Source: Aquificales bacterium | GTDB lineage: Bacteria > Aquificota > Aquificia > Aquificales > QOAS01 | Assembly: GCA_027036735.1 (NCBI GenBank) | Contig: JALWDU010000094.1 | Coordinates: forward strand, 2,326 to 66,325 | Direction: 5' to 3' | DNA: 64,000 nt | Part shown: piece by piece, positions 41,321-50,900 of the stretch | How the letters are laid out: the number at the start of each line of letters is the position of its first letter | How positions within the stretch are numbered: the stretch's first letter is position 1 | The notes under the pieces: model-generated | The model's database searches: none | What the model saw: the letters and a program-made list of their open reading frames with translations, nothing else | Told to the model about the DNA's origin: nothing | Made by a program: the position numbers and the translations under genes

Positions 41321-42228
41321 TCCCCCTTTTGGGCTTTCTGCTTCTTTCTCTTTAACTTCGGTAGGAGTTTGTTGACGAAATACTCGAGGCTTTCCTTTTC
41401 CAAATCCCAATAGTAGCCGTTTCTGAAGGTTACCATCTTCCAATCGACCGCGTTTCCGTCGAGGTAGGGACCCTCCAAACAGTTTTGAACCATCTTGTCG
41501 CCCACCTTAACACGGCAGGTGAGACATAGCCCGCTGGTGCAGAGCATCATCGTGGGAACGAGGGAGATATTTTTTATTCCCTTCGCCCTGGTAACCTCGG
41601 CAACCATTTCGCCCGCCGCAGAACTACCGGCAAAGACCACAAGGTCGGGCGTTCCAACCTCGTTTATAAAGTTTTCCACCGATTGGGGAGCCCCCCCTTC
41701 CCTGCCGTATTCGTCGTCCTCGGTATAGACGAAAACCCTATCCTCTCCGAAAAGCTCCTTATACTCCTTCTCGCAGTAGATGTTTTCCCTGCTACCGCCT
41801 ACGAGGGCTACGTAAACCTCGTTTCCAGCATCGGCTAGCGCCTTTGCAACGGGGTAGTTGGCACCCGCACCCCAACCGTGTCCGACCACCAAAACGGTGC
41901 CGTATTTCTCAACGGGGAAGGGGTTGCCGCTGGGACCTTCGACGTTGAAGAGCTCCTCACCCTCGGCAAAAAGTTCGACCAGCTCGACGGTGGGGCGGTT
42001 GTAGGCTTCCACCAACACGGAGAAGGTTCCCGTTTGGGGGTCGGTGTCTACGATTTGGAGGGGTTGACGGGCGGATAGCTCGGTAGCCTGCACCGTTACG
42101 AACTGCCCGGGTTTGGCGTTATTCGCGACCAACGGGTGGTATATCTCCAAGAAATACCCCCTGGGGGACACCTGTTTCTTTCCAACCACTTTGGGCTTTT
42201 GGAGTAGTTCAATCACACTTTTGGTCAT
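41317..42228 (-). CDS. nfnA: FAD/[2Fe-2S] oxidoreductase small subunit (NfnA/SudB-like)
   Basis: 303 aa. Ferredoxin-reductase-like fold pattern and C-terminal cluster CTSGLCLTCRV...C. Confidence 0.75.
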   Translation of the reverse strand: MTKSVIELLQKPKVVGKKQVSPRGYFLEIYHPLVANNAKPGQFVTVQATELSARQPLQIVDTDPQTGTFSVLVEAYNRPTVELVELFAEGEELFNVEGPSGNPFPVEKYGTVLVVGHGWGAGANYPVAKALADAGNEVYVALVGGSRENIYCEKEYKELFGEDRVFVYTEDDEYGREGGAPQSVENFINEVGTPDLVVFAGSSAAGEMVAEVTRAKGIKNISLVPTMMLCTSGLCLTCRVKVGDKMVQNCLEGPYLDGNAVDWKMVTFRNGYYWDLEKESLEYFVNKLLPKLKRKKQKAQKGE

Positions 42229-42330
42229 AGGGTTTCGACCTCCCCTCGAAAGTTTTTGTTAAATAATACCAGAACGGCGTCGGGTTAATCCCCCGAAGGG
42301 CTAAAGACTATTGATTAAAATCCTCATATA

Positions 42331-42798
42331 ATGAGGTTGGCACTTCTCACACCCATTTTTGTGGCGGTAGCCTTTTCCTGTCCCTCCCCCCAAGCGGTGT
42401 TGGAGACAGCCGTTAGGCTGAATATCCCCGTTAAAGAGGTTTTGAAGGTTGAGCCTTTTAAGAAAATTCCCAGTCTCTGCCGCGCCGAGGCTGTAGTCGA
42501 AAAGGACGGCTTCAACGCCACGGTAGACCTCTTTACCACCGCCGATGGGAAATTTTTTATACCCTTTGTGGGGAAGGTTGTATACGAACCAAGCGGCGAG
42601 GAGGGTGTTAAAAAGGTCACCATTGTGAGTATAAGAAATTCGACGACCTCCTTTACCCTCGGCTTCGTTACCAACGATTTAAAGTATTACTTCCCCGCGA
42701 TGATACCGATGGAAACCGCCCAAAGGGGCAAACATAAAACCGGAAACAAGACTTCCACCGGTTCGAACTATTCCAACGCAACGGGGGGAGGGCGATAA
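42331..42798 (+). CDS. hypothetical secreted protein
   Basis: 155 aa with hydrophobic N-terminus MRLALLTPIFVAVAF. No family recognised. Confidence 0.45.
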   Translation: MRLALLTPIFVAVAFSCPSPQAVLETAVRLNIPVKEVLKVEPFKKIPSLCRAEAVVEKDGFNATVDLFTTADGKFFIPFVGKVVYEPSGEEGVKKVTIVSIRNSTTSFTLGFVTNDLKYYFPAMIPMETAQRGKHKTGNKTSTGSNYSNATGGGR

Positions 42799-42844
42799 GG
42801 CTTTGAAAACCTTTTGGGTTTTCGCTTAACCTATTCCACTCTTG

Positions 42845-43447
42845 ATGGAGGTAATCCTCGCCTCTTCCTCCCCGAGGAGAAGGCAAATTTTGAACCTCAT
42901 AGGGTTAAAGGATTTCAAAGTGGTTCCCCCCAAAGGGAGGGAGGTAAAGGTTAGGAAACCCTCGGATGTGAGGAAAAACGCCCTCCTAAAGGGGGAATCG
43001 GTCTTAAAGGGACTACCCAAAGTGGGTAAGTATCTCGTTATAGCCTCCGATACGGCGGTCTTTATAAACGGACGCTTTTTGGGAAAACCCTCCTCTCCCC
43101 AAGAGGCGAGGGAGATGCTAAAAACCCTTTCGGGAAATTGGCACACCGTCTATACCTCCATAGGGGTCTTTCTGAAAGAGGGTTCCCGCGTGAGGAAAAA
43201 ACTAATTCTCGACCGCGCGAGGGTGAAGTTTAAGAAGCTCTCCGATGGGGAGATAGATTGGTACATCTCGACCGGCGAACCGCTCGACAAGGCGGGCGCC
43301 TACGGCATACAGGGTTACGGGGCGATTTTTGTCGAAAAAATCGTCGGCGATTACTTCACCGTTATGGGGATGTCCCCGAACAAACTTTACAGGTTATTGG
43401 TGGAATTGTTGGGAGAGGAAAGGGTTTTGAAACTCTTAAACGGCTAG
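42845..43447 (+). CDS. maf: Maf-like nucleoside triphosphate pyrophosphatase
   Basis: ILASSSPRRRQIL, DKAGAYGIQG motifs. Confidence 0.9.
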   Translation: MEVILASSSPRRRQILNLIGLKDFKVVPPKGREVKVRKPSDVRKNALLKGESVLKGLPKVGKYLVIASDTAVFINGRFLGKPSSPQEAREMLKTLSGNWHTVYTSIGVFLKEGSRVRKKLILDRARVKFKKLSDGEIDWYISTGEPLDKAGAYGIQGYGAIFVEKIVGDYFTVMGMSPNKLYRLLVELLGEERVLKLLNG

Positions 43448-43867
43448 AGGTTCGTAAACCTCTTCCTTGTCGAGGTCGTAAATCCTCAAAATGGTCGTAT
43501 CCTCGAGACACCTCGAGTAGGCGAGAACGGGTTTTTCCCAAATGGTTTCGCTCTCTATTAGGTTCACCAACCTCTCCAGCCCCTCTTCGTCGCTGAGGGG
43601 ATAGCTGTTTTCGATGTCGTAAATGAGAACGCCCGCCTTCTCTATACCCAATTTGGACTTTAGCTCTTTAAAGAGCCTTTTAACGGCTGTGTAGTGGTCG
43701 AGCACCTCCAAGGGGTTTTCAACCCTTTCGACCAACTCGCGGACGAAGTTTGTAAATTCCCTCTCCCCCTCTTTGGAGAGGAGTTTTTCGGCACCCTCAC
43801 AGGTTTTGAGGATTACCAGAAGATTTTTTTTGTTAGAATAGGCGACTACAGCCCCCTTATCCCTCAT
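43436..43867 (-). CDS. hypothetical protein
   Basis: 143-aa ORF with native-looking composition. Its 3' end overlaps the maf 3' end by 12 nt. No family recognised. Confidence 0.45.
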   Translation of the reverse strand: MRDKGAVVAYSNKKNLLVILKTCEGAEKLLSKEGEREFTNFVRELVERVENPLEVLDHYTAVKRLFKELKSKLGIEKAGVLIYDIENSYPLSDEEGLERLVNLIESETIWEKPVLAYSRCLEDTTILRIYDLDKEEVYEPLAV

Positions 43868-43944
43868 CGCTTTTCCTCCTTTTCTTTGCTTTTTATTTCA
43901 AGGATAAAAATTAGGCTGTTAAGAAAGGGTTAATATGCCCCAGG

Positions 43945-44592
43945 TCAAACGGGTGGGCGGAAATAGACCGGTTCGACTTCGAAGATATTAGCCGCCGCTC
44001 CGCGGCGGGATTTTTCGTAGGCTATAACGGCGCCTACCTCCGAAAGACCCCTAAGCGGCAGGACGAGTTTCTCCCTTATCGAAAGCCGCTTTTCAACAGC
44101 CTCGAACTCCTCCGCAAAGTGGTAGGGAATAATTAGGTTCAACCTTTTCCCCAAAAGGGATTCTATAGCCTCCTCGTCCAACACCGATGGTTTTACCCTC
44201 TCCCTCCAACCCTCGAAGGTCTTTTCCCATATACCGTAAACCCAATAGCGGGAGACCTTTATTACGGTTAGGTATTCCCCTTCGGAGGTTGCAAACTTCG
44301 TAAACCCCTCAAAGGTGGTGTAGGTGTAAAGGGGTTTACCCAAAACCTGGGCGTAAGTTTTAAAAGATGCAACCCCAACCCTCAAGCCGGTCGAATACCC
44401 GGGACCCAAATTCACCGCAAAGGCGTCGACACTTTTAACGTCCACCTTTAGGTCTTCGAAAATCCTGGGGAACACTTCGAGGAACTTCCTACCCCTCTCC
44501 TCCCCGTAGTGGAGCACCGAAACCCTCTTTTCCCCATCCCAAAGGGTGAAGTTGTGATAGGAGTAAGAGCTGTCGAGGCTTAGGATGAGCAT
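43945..44592 (-). CDS. tsaB: tRNA t6A biosynthesis protein TsaB (YeaZ family)
   Basis: ILSLDSS start and VNLGPGYSTGLRVGVA motif. Confidence 0.8.
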   Translation of the reverse strand: MLILSLDSSYSYHNFTLWDGEKRVSVLHYGEERGRKFLEVFPRIFEDLKVDVKSVDAFAVNLGPGYSTGLRVGVASFKTYAQVLGKPLYTYTTFEGFTKFATSEGEYLTVIKVSRYWVYGIWEKTFEGWRERVKPSVLDEEAIESLLGKRLNLIIPYHFAEEFEAVEKRLSIREKLVLPLRGLSEVGAVIAYEKSRRGAAANIFEVEPVYFRPPV

Positions 44593-44614
44593 GGCGAAAG
44601 TAGAATTTTAGAGT

Positions 44615-45007
44615 ATGCGAAAAAGACTGCTCTCAGCCCTCGCCCTGCCGCTTTTGACCTTCGCAATGGGCGAAAGGGCGGTTCCCCAAAACTTAGTGCC
44701 GGCGAAGATAGTCGACAAACGGGGTGTGGCTCACGAGGTTTCCGCCCTGGTCTGCGACGGAAAAACCTACTTTACCTTTGAAGACGGGTCGGTCTACCTA
44801 AAGGTGCCTTTCGAAAACTTAAAGAAACTCGTCGTGGTGGGTAAGAAGGGGGATAAACTTTTGGTGGAGGCTTACTTTACCAACGGTGGGAGGAAAAAAC
44901 TTCTGATAGACCCCGATGTGGAGTGTGTGGGACCCACCCCCTACGGGACTTTGGACGCTTTCCTCTCCCAAATTAAGGAGATAGTTTTTGAAACAAAAAG
45001 GGGTTAA
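44615..45007 (+). CDS. hypothetical secreted protein
   Basis: 130 aa with signal-like MRKRLLSALALPLLTFA. Confidence 0.5.
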   Translation: MRKRLLSALALPLLTFAMGERAVPQNLVPAKIVDKRGVAHEVSALVCDGKTYFTFEDGSVYLKVPFENLKKLVVVGKKGDKLLVEAYFTNGGRKKLLIDPDVECVGPTPYGTLDAFLSQIKEIVFETKRG

Positions 45008-45016
45008 GGGTAAAAA

Positions 45017-46258
45017 TCACCTCCCCAAGAGGTAGTCCAATTCCGCCTTTAACTCACCCCACTTGTAGACGCTCGTCCGGTAATCGGACAGCGCTTGGTA
45101 GTATAGGGTTTCCGCCTTTAAGAGGTTGTATATGTCGCTCTTTCCGGTTTGGTATTTCTCTTTTTCCACCCTATAGGCTTCCTTTGCAAACTCCAAGCGT
45201 TTCCTATTAGCCTCTATAACCTCCAATTGGCTGTTTAGTTTCTTCACAGCCGTAAGCAGGTCTTCCAATACCTTTTTATGCACCAATTTTCTAAGCTCTT
45301 CGACCCTTTTCTCCTCGTGAGAAGCCTTGAGGTAGTTGAAAACCCTATTTCCGAAGTCAAATATTGGAAAGCTCACGCTTATGGTGTAAGTCCAATCGGA
45401 AACCTTTCTACCCGCGAATACATACCGTTGGTTGGTATAGGAAAAATCCACTTTGGGAGAAAATTGGGAGAGGGCTACCCTCCTATAGTCGTCAACTATT
45501 TTTTTCTGCTTGGAAACCACTTTCAGGTCGGGGTTTCTTGCCAACAAAAGGGGGATTAGATTTTTCACTTCAAACCTACGGGGGGAGACCCTTATATCCT
45601 CTACCTCTACGGGTTTATCGGTGTTTAGCAACACCTTGAGGTTATTTAAAATCGCGCTGTAATTCGCCTTTGCCGTTGCTATAGCCGCATCGACATTTTT
45701 CAATTCCGCCTTCACGTTGAGCAGGTCCAAGAGAGAACGCTTTCCAACCTCGTAGGCGGTCTTTACTATTCGGTAGAGGCTTTCAACCTCTTTTTTCCTC
45801 TCCCTTAAGGTCTCTATTTGAGCCTTTACCGCCAAAGCGGAGAAGTAGAGCTTTTTAACATCCCTCCTTACCTCTTGGGAAATTTTTTCTAAGTTTAACC
45901 TCTCCAATCCCGCCGTATCACCCTTAGCCTTTATAAGGAAAAATTGCCCGCATCCGTCAAAAAGCCTAACCCCGTAGCGGAAGCCGTAAACCCTAATCTG
46001 GTCGTCAAGCGCCGACGTGGGCGGGAATAGCGGGGCTACCACCCTCCCATATTTGTATTGGGTATATCTCCAAAAGATATCCACCTCTCCAAACCTTTTG
46101 GCTATCTGGGCGTAGAAATCATTTTTTGCCGCTTTATAGCGGTGGTATTGAGCCTTTATCTGAAGGTTATTCTCAATTGCCCGTTCCAATGCGCTTTGCA
46201 AAGAAAGGGAAAAGGATACTCCCCCCAAAAGGGGAAATAGCAGTATTTTCCGCAGCAT
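45017..46258 (-). CDS. TolC-family outer membrane efflux protein
   Basis: 413 aa with signal peptide. Two coiled-coil/beta repeats and a LSLQSALERAIENN-type start typical of the OMF family. Confidence 0.8.
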   Translation of the reverse strand: MLRKILLFPLLGGVSFSLSLQSALERAIENNLQIKAQYHRYKAAKNDFYAQIAKRFGEVDIFWRYTQYKYGRVVAPLFPPTSALDDQIRVYGFRYGVRLFDGCGQFFLIKAKGDTAGLERLNLEKISQEVRRDVKKLYFSALAVKAQIETLRERKKEVESLYRIVKTAYEVGKRSLLDLLNVKAELKNVDAAIATAKANYSAILNNLKVLLNTDKPVEVEDIRVSPRRFEVKNLIPLLLARNPDLKVVSKQKKIVDDYRRVALSQFSPKVDFSYTNQRYVFAGRKVSDWTYTISVSFPIFDFGNRVFNYLKASHEEKRVEELRKLVHKKVLEDLLTAVKKLNSQLEVIEANRKRLEFAKEAYRVEKEKYQTGKSDIYNLLKAETLYYQALSDYRTSVYKWGELKAELDYLLGR

Positions 46259-46290
46259 TAACCAATCAATTTTAGAACCCGCTTCGCGGA

Positions 46291-46557
46291 TTACTCCTCC
46301 TCGCCAAATAGGTAGTTTTCCAACTCCTTGACCGCCTCACCCGCCTGTTCCGGGGGCACTATTGCGGGAAAAATAGCCACTTGAACGTTGGGGTCTTTGA
46401 AGAGCTTTGAAGCCAAAAACTGCTGTATCTCCTCCAGCTCCTCGGCGGATAGGTCGGTGCGCACCACCTCGTCAACCGATTTGTCGGTTGCGAAAAAACC
46501 GACTAAGGCAAAGGGAATCGCTACCGGTTCTCTTTTTTCCATAACACAACCTCCCAA
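46291..46557 (-). CDS. hypothetical acidic protein
   Basis: 88-aa ORF. No family recognised and the start is uncertain. Confidence 0.4.
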   Translation of the reverse strand: MGGCVMEKREPVAIPFALVGFFATDKSVDEVVRTDLSAEELEEIQQFLASKLFKDPNVQVAIFPAIVPPEQAGEAVKELENYLFGEEE

Positions 46558-46624
46558 GGTGGTTGGGATTATACAACCTATCCCTTTCGAGGGGATATCT
46601 CCTAAACCATAAATCCCCTTTTGG

Positions 46625-47554
46625 TCAGGTTTCGAGCATTATCTCCACCGTTCGGGGCACCAATCTCTTTAACACGTCGAGGTTGTATCCACCCTCGAGG
46701 GAAAACAAAACGGGGATACTTAACTCCTTAGCCAACCCGCAAATGGTCTCGACTATAAACTCGACCCCCTTGTCGGAAACCTCCAAACCGGTTAAGGGGT
46801 CTTCCGCGTGGAGGTCGTATCCCGCCGAAACGAGGAGAAACTGCGGCTTGTAACCCTTTACCGCGCTTACCAAAACCTCGCCGTAGGCGTGGCGGTAGAG
46901 CTCATCCCCCGCACCCGCCGGCATCGGTATGTTTAGGGTTGTTCCGTAACCCTCCTTTGCTCCCCTCTCCTCCGCCGAGCCGGTTCCGGGATAGAAGGGG
47001 TATTGGTGGGTCGAGAAGTAAAAAACCCGTGGCTCCTCGTAAAAGGCGTGCTGGGTGCCGTTTCCGTGGTGGGCATCGAAATCGACTATAAACACCCTCT
47101 CGAAACCCTTTTGTAGGAGGTATCTAGCCCCTATTGCAACGTTGTTGAAGATGCAAAAGCCCATAGCCTTGGCGTATTCGGCGTGATGACCGGGAGGTCT
47201 GACAGCGCAGAAAGCCCCTTCGATATTCCCGTCGAGAATTTCGTTTATCGCCCCCACAACCCCGCCGACCGCGAGGGAGGCGGCTAAAAATGTGTATTCG
47301 TTGTAGTAGGTGTCGGGGTCGAACCAACCCTCACCCGAGCGGGAGGAGTATATCACCTCTTCTATATATTGGGGGTCGTGGTTTAACGCTATCAGCTCCG
47401 CATCTGCCTCGAAGGGCTTTATAAGCTCCACCTTGGAAAAGAGTCCCCTCTCCGCCATACCCTCGGTGATAGCCTCGAGGCGGTATCTGTTCTCCGGATG
47501 CCCCTCCCTGTGGTGGAGCAGATATCTATCGTCGTAAACGAAACCGACCTTCAT
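46625..47554 (-). CDS. histone deacetylase-family amidohydrolase (AcuC/Hda-like)
   Basis: RPPGHHA, DFDAHHGNGTQ and GGYN motifs. Start set at MKVGFVYDD. Confidence 0.85.
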   Translation of the reverse strand: MKVGFVYDDRYLLHHREGHPENRYRLEAITEGMAERGLFSKVELIKPFEADAELIALNHDPQYIEEVIYSSRSGEGWFDPDTYYNEYTFLAASLAVGGVVGAINEILDGNIEGAFCAVRPPGHHAEYAKAMGFCIFNNVAIGARYLLQKGFERVFIVDFDAHHGNGTQHAFYEEPRVFYFSTHQYPFYPGTGSAEERGAKEGYGTTLNIPMPAGAGDELYRHAYGEVLVSAVKGYKPQFLLVSAGYDLHAEDPLTGLEVSDKGVEFIVETICGLAKELSIPVLFSLEGGYNLDVLKRLVPRTVEIMLET

Positions 47555-47583
47555 AGGTGAATAGTCTAAATTTCTACCCTTTG

Positions 47584-47985
47584 ATGGAAGGCGAATACAT
47601 AGTTGACCTCGAAGGGTTAAAAAAGCTGGCAAAAGACCTCGCGAGGGAACTCAAGGGAAACGAGGTTATATTCCTCATAGGGGATTTGGGAGCGGGAAAG
47701 ACTACCTTTACGAGGTTTTTAGTCGAAGCTTTAAAACCCAAAGGGGAGGTAAACGTTACCAGTCCCACCTTTGCGGTTATGAACGTCTATCCGACCGAAA
47801 GGGGGGAAGTTTACCACGCCGACCTATACAGGGTTAAAAACTTCGACTTTACCGACTTCGAGGGGTCGGGAATATTGGTTGTCGAGTGGGCTGATTACCT
47901 AAAGGATTTGAAACCGGATATAGTGGTGGAATTCGAACACCTCGACGAAAATAGGAGGAGGGTGAGGATAAGGAGAACCCATTAA
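47584..47985 (+). CDS. tsaE: tRNA t6A biosynthesis ATPase TsaE
   Basis: P-loop GDLGAGKTTFTR, HADLYR motif. ATG at 47584 preferred over the listed GTG at 47557. Confidence 0.85.
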   Translation: MEGEYIVDLEGLKKLAKDLARELKGNEVIFLIGDLGAGKTTFTRFLVEALKPKGEVNVTSPTFAVMNVYPTERGEVYHADLYRVKNFDFTDFEGSGILVVEWADYLKDLKPDIVVEFEHLDENRRRVRIRRTH

Positions 47986-47991
47986 GGGGTA

Positions 47992-50900
47992 TTAGAGGTT
48001 TTCCCCTCCCTCGAGGATTTCCACCAATTTACCCAATTTGGTCTTTAGCAGGTTTAGGTTGTTGGCGTTGGGCAAAACCCAATACTCCTTTCCGAGTTCT
48101 ATTTCGTATAAGTCCCCTTCCCCCGTAAGGAGTTTTATATAGGTTGGGGTACCCTCGTAGGGGTCGGAAAGTTTTTTCAAAAACTTTCGGAGTTTTTCTA
48201 AAGTTTCGTCCCTAACGTGGGTTTCCTTGAGTTTTATAACCACTTTTAGTGTTTTTTCTACATCTTCGGGCGTTAACACCCTCCGGACGATGAGTTTTTT
48301 GCGCTCCGTTTCGAAATCGGTGGTGAGGTCTCCCTCAATCACCACAACTTTATCCTCTCCGAGTTTGTCTTTAACAACTTCATAAACATCGGGGAAAACT
48401 ACGCACTCGACAATACCGGTTTTGTCGATTAGGTTGAATACGGCCATATATTTCCCCGCGCGGGTTCTCTTCTCCTCAAAGTCGACCACCACGCCGGGGA
48501 TTTTCAAATCGTTCGCACTTTCAACCTCTTCGAGGTCTTCAATTCTCGTTCTATACCTCTCCAAGAGGTGGGGATATTTGTCGAGAGGGTGACCGCTGAT
48601 GTAGAAACCCAAAAGTTCCCTCTCCCTCCTCAAGCGTTCGAGAAAATCCTCCACACTTTCGGTGTTTACGTTTCCATTTTTTCCTTTTGGGGTTCCGAAA
48701 AGGGAATTCTGTCCCACCGCGAGGGAGGGTTTACCCTCCGCCTGAACCTTTTTGAGGAGTTCCTCCCTACTCTCACCGGTAAAGTCAAACGCCCCCGCTT
48801 GAATGAGGGCTTCGATAACCTTTTTATTCACCTTACGCTTGTCAACCTTCCTAACGAAGTCGGCAAGGGATTTGAAACTTCCGAATTTCTTCTTAGCCTC
48901 TTGGATAGCTTTAGCCGCCTCCTCCCCGACACCCTTAATCTTCGCCAGACCATACCTTATATAGGTCTTTCCGTTTTTCTCCTCCAACGAAAAGTGGATG
49001 TCGGATTTGTTAATATCCGGCGGTAGGAGTTCGAAACCGAAGAGCTTTGCATCCTTTATAAGGGATATGAATTTGTTTTCGTTCTTTTCCGTCGAGAGTT
49101 TTACCGCAAAAAAGACACCCGTGTAGTGGGTTTTGAAAAATGCGGTCCAATAGGAGATATAGGCGTAGGCTGTCGAGTGGGATTTATTGAAGGAATAGGA
49201 TGCGAATTTCTCTATGCTAGCCCAAAGCTCCTCTATCTTTTTGCGGTCGAAGCCCCTCTTAACCGCCCCCTCGATGAACTTTTCGCGCATTTTTTGGATA
49301 AGGTCGGAGTTGTGGACTATCACACAATTGGCTATAAAGTTGGAATTTTCCACCGTAAGGTCATAAGTTTCTTCCACTCCAATAGGTTCTATGTTCTCTA
49401 TGTAATCCCAAAATATGTCGCCGTTACAGAGGTTTAAAAGTTCCTCATCCTCGAGGACAGCGGCGAATTTTTGTAACCTGTTGGGCGTAATATTTAGGGA
49501 GGTATTTATTCCACCATATTCACCGACCTTTGCCGAGAGCTTAGCCAAAGTCAATTCCTTTTCCTCCGCTTTTCGCTGAATTTTTAACCATACCTCTTTT
49601 GGTAGTGTTTCTTTTTTGAAATTGGTTGTTTTTTGTTTCAACTTATCGATTAACCCCTTAAGTTTTTTCTTCTTTCTTCCCACGACATGGTTTTGAATTA
49701 GCTTCAAAAACTTAAGTAGGTTTTCCCTACCCCTAACCTCAACGCGGTAATAAGTTCTTTTTTGACCTTTATAGGTTACTTTTTTCTCCTTTACCGCCGC
49801 GTTAATGCCGAATCTCCTTAGTAAAAGCAAAATTTGCAAAGCCAAGCGGTGCGATTTGGTAAGAAACTCGGAATACTCGTAGTTTTTGGTTATTACAAAG
49901 CTTCCATCGGTAGTCCACAAAGCGCCCAAAAAGGCAGAAATAACTTCCTTTGGAGCGGACATTATTTGATTGGGAATAAATTTATCCTCCGCTTTTTGGT
50001 TGTAGAGTCCCAACGAACGCAAAAAGTTTTTAATATCCCTTCTTTGGGAGGTTTTATTTTTTTGATAGATGTAAACCGCTTTAACATTTCGCGGATTAGT
50101 GTAAACCTTTATCTCGCTTTGGGGAAATTCTCGGCTTACCAACTCTATAAAGTCCTTAATCACTTCTTCGTCGGAGGAATAGAACATAACACTTTTTAGG
50201 TTTCCGTCCCCCAAAAGGTATCCAACTATTTTTGCCCTTTCGGGGGAAGTTGTTGAATGTTCCTTCACATTTATAGTTAAAGGCGTGGCTATCCTTTCCC
50301 CTTTTATGAGTTTCTTTAAAGGTTTCCATCCGTTTACGGTTAAAAATAGGTGAGAAGCCGTTGCCTTAATAGTTCCCGAATAGCGGAGTTTCACCCGATA
50401 GACCAAATCCTTCCCATTTCTGTGGACCTCTACAATTTTTGAGGGCTCGCTGTGGAAGTTTTTATTTACGGAAGCAACCTTTAGAGGAGAGTTTATTAAG
50501 TTAACCGTAAAGGTTTTCTTACAATCTTTGCAGTATACGGAAACTTTATTGTTTCTTTTTCCATTAATGTATGTATTTTCGGAATTGCAATAGCGGCATT
50601 TTACTTTGCCCCTGTTTCTATATTCGTAGTTCTCTATTAACGTTAAAAGTTCGACTGTGGAACCGTCGGCAAGGGTTACCAACGTATCGGCGGTTAAGCA
50701 ACGCTTCTTTCCTATTCCTTTCCTCAGGGTATCCGCCTCACCCGGCGTGAAACCGGATAGCACTTGGGACATCTTCATTATCTGCTCTTGATAGATACAG
50801 TTATGGCAGACGATATTGTTTCCTATAAAGTTGTGGTACTTTTCGATTTCAAGGTCGTAAACGTGCTCTTTTCCTACAAAAGTAATTCCTTTTACCGGGA

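Noticed and set aside
41321-41443. Long form of the MNT ORF (start 41443), overlapping 127 nt of the nfnA-like gene.
   Set aside because: The extra 40 aa are translated from the alternative frame of the nfnA C-terminus and are not MNT-like. A GTG overlapping the nfnA stop gives a ~100-aa protein, the normal MNT size.
42745-42775. ggttcgaac sequence reminiscent of a tRNA T-arm.
   Set aside because: No acceptor, D or anticodon stems can be drawn around it, and it lies inside ORF 42331-42798.
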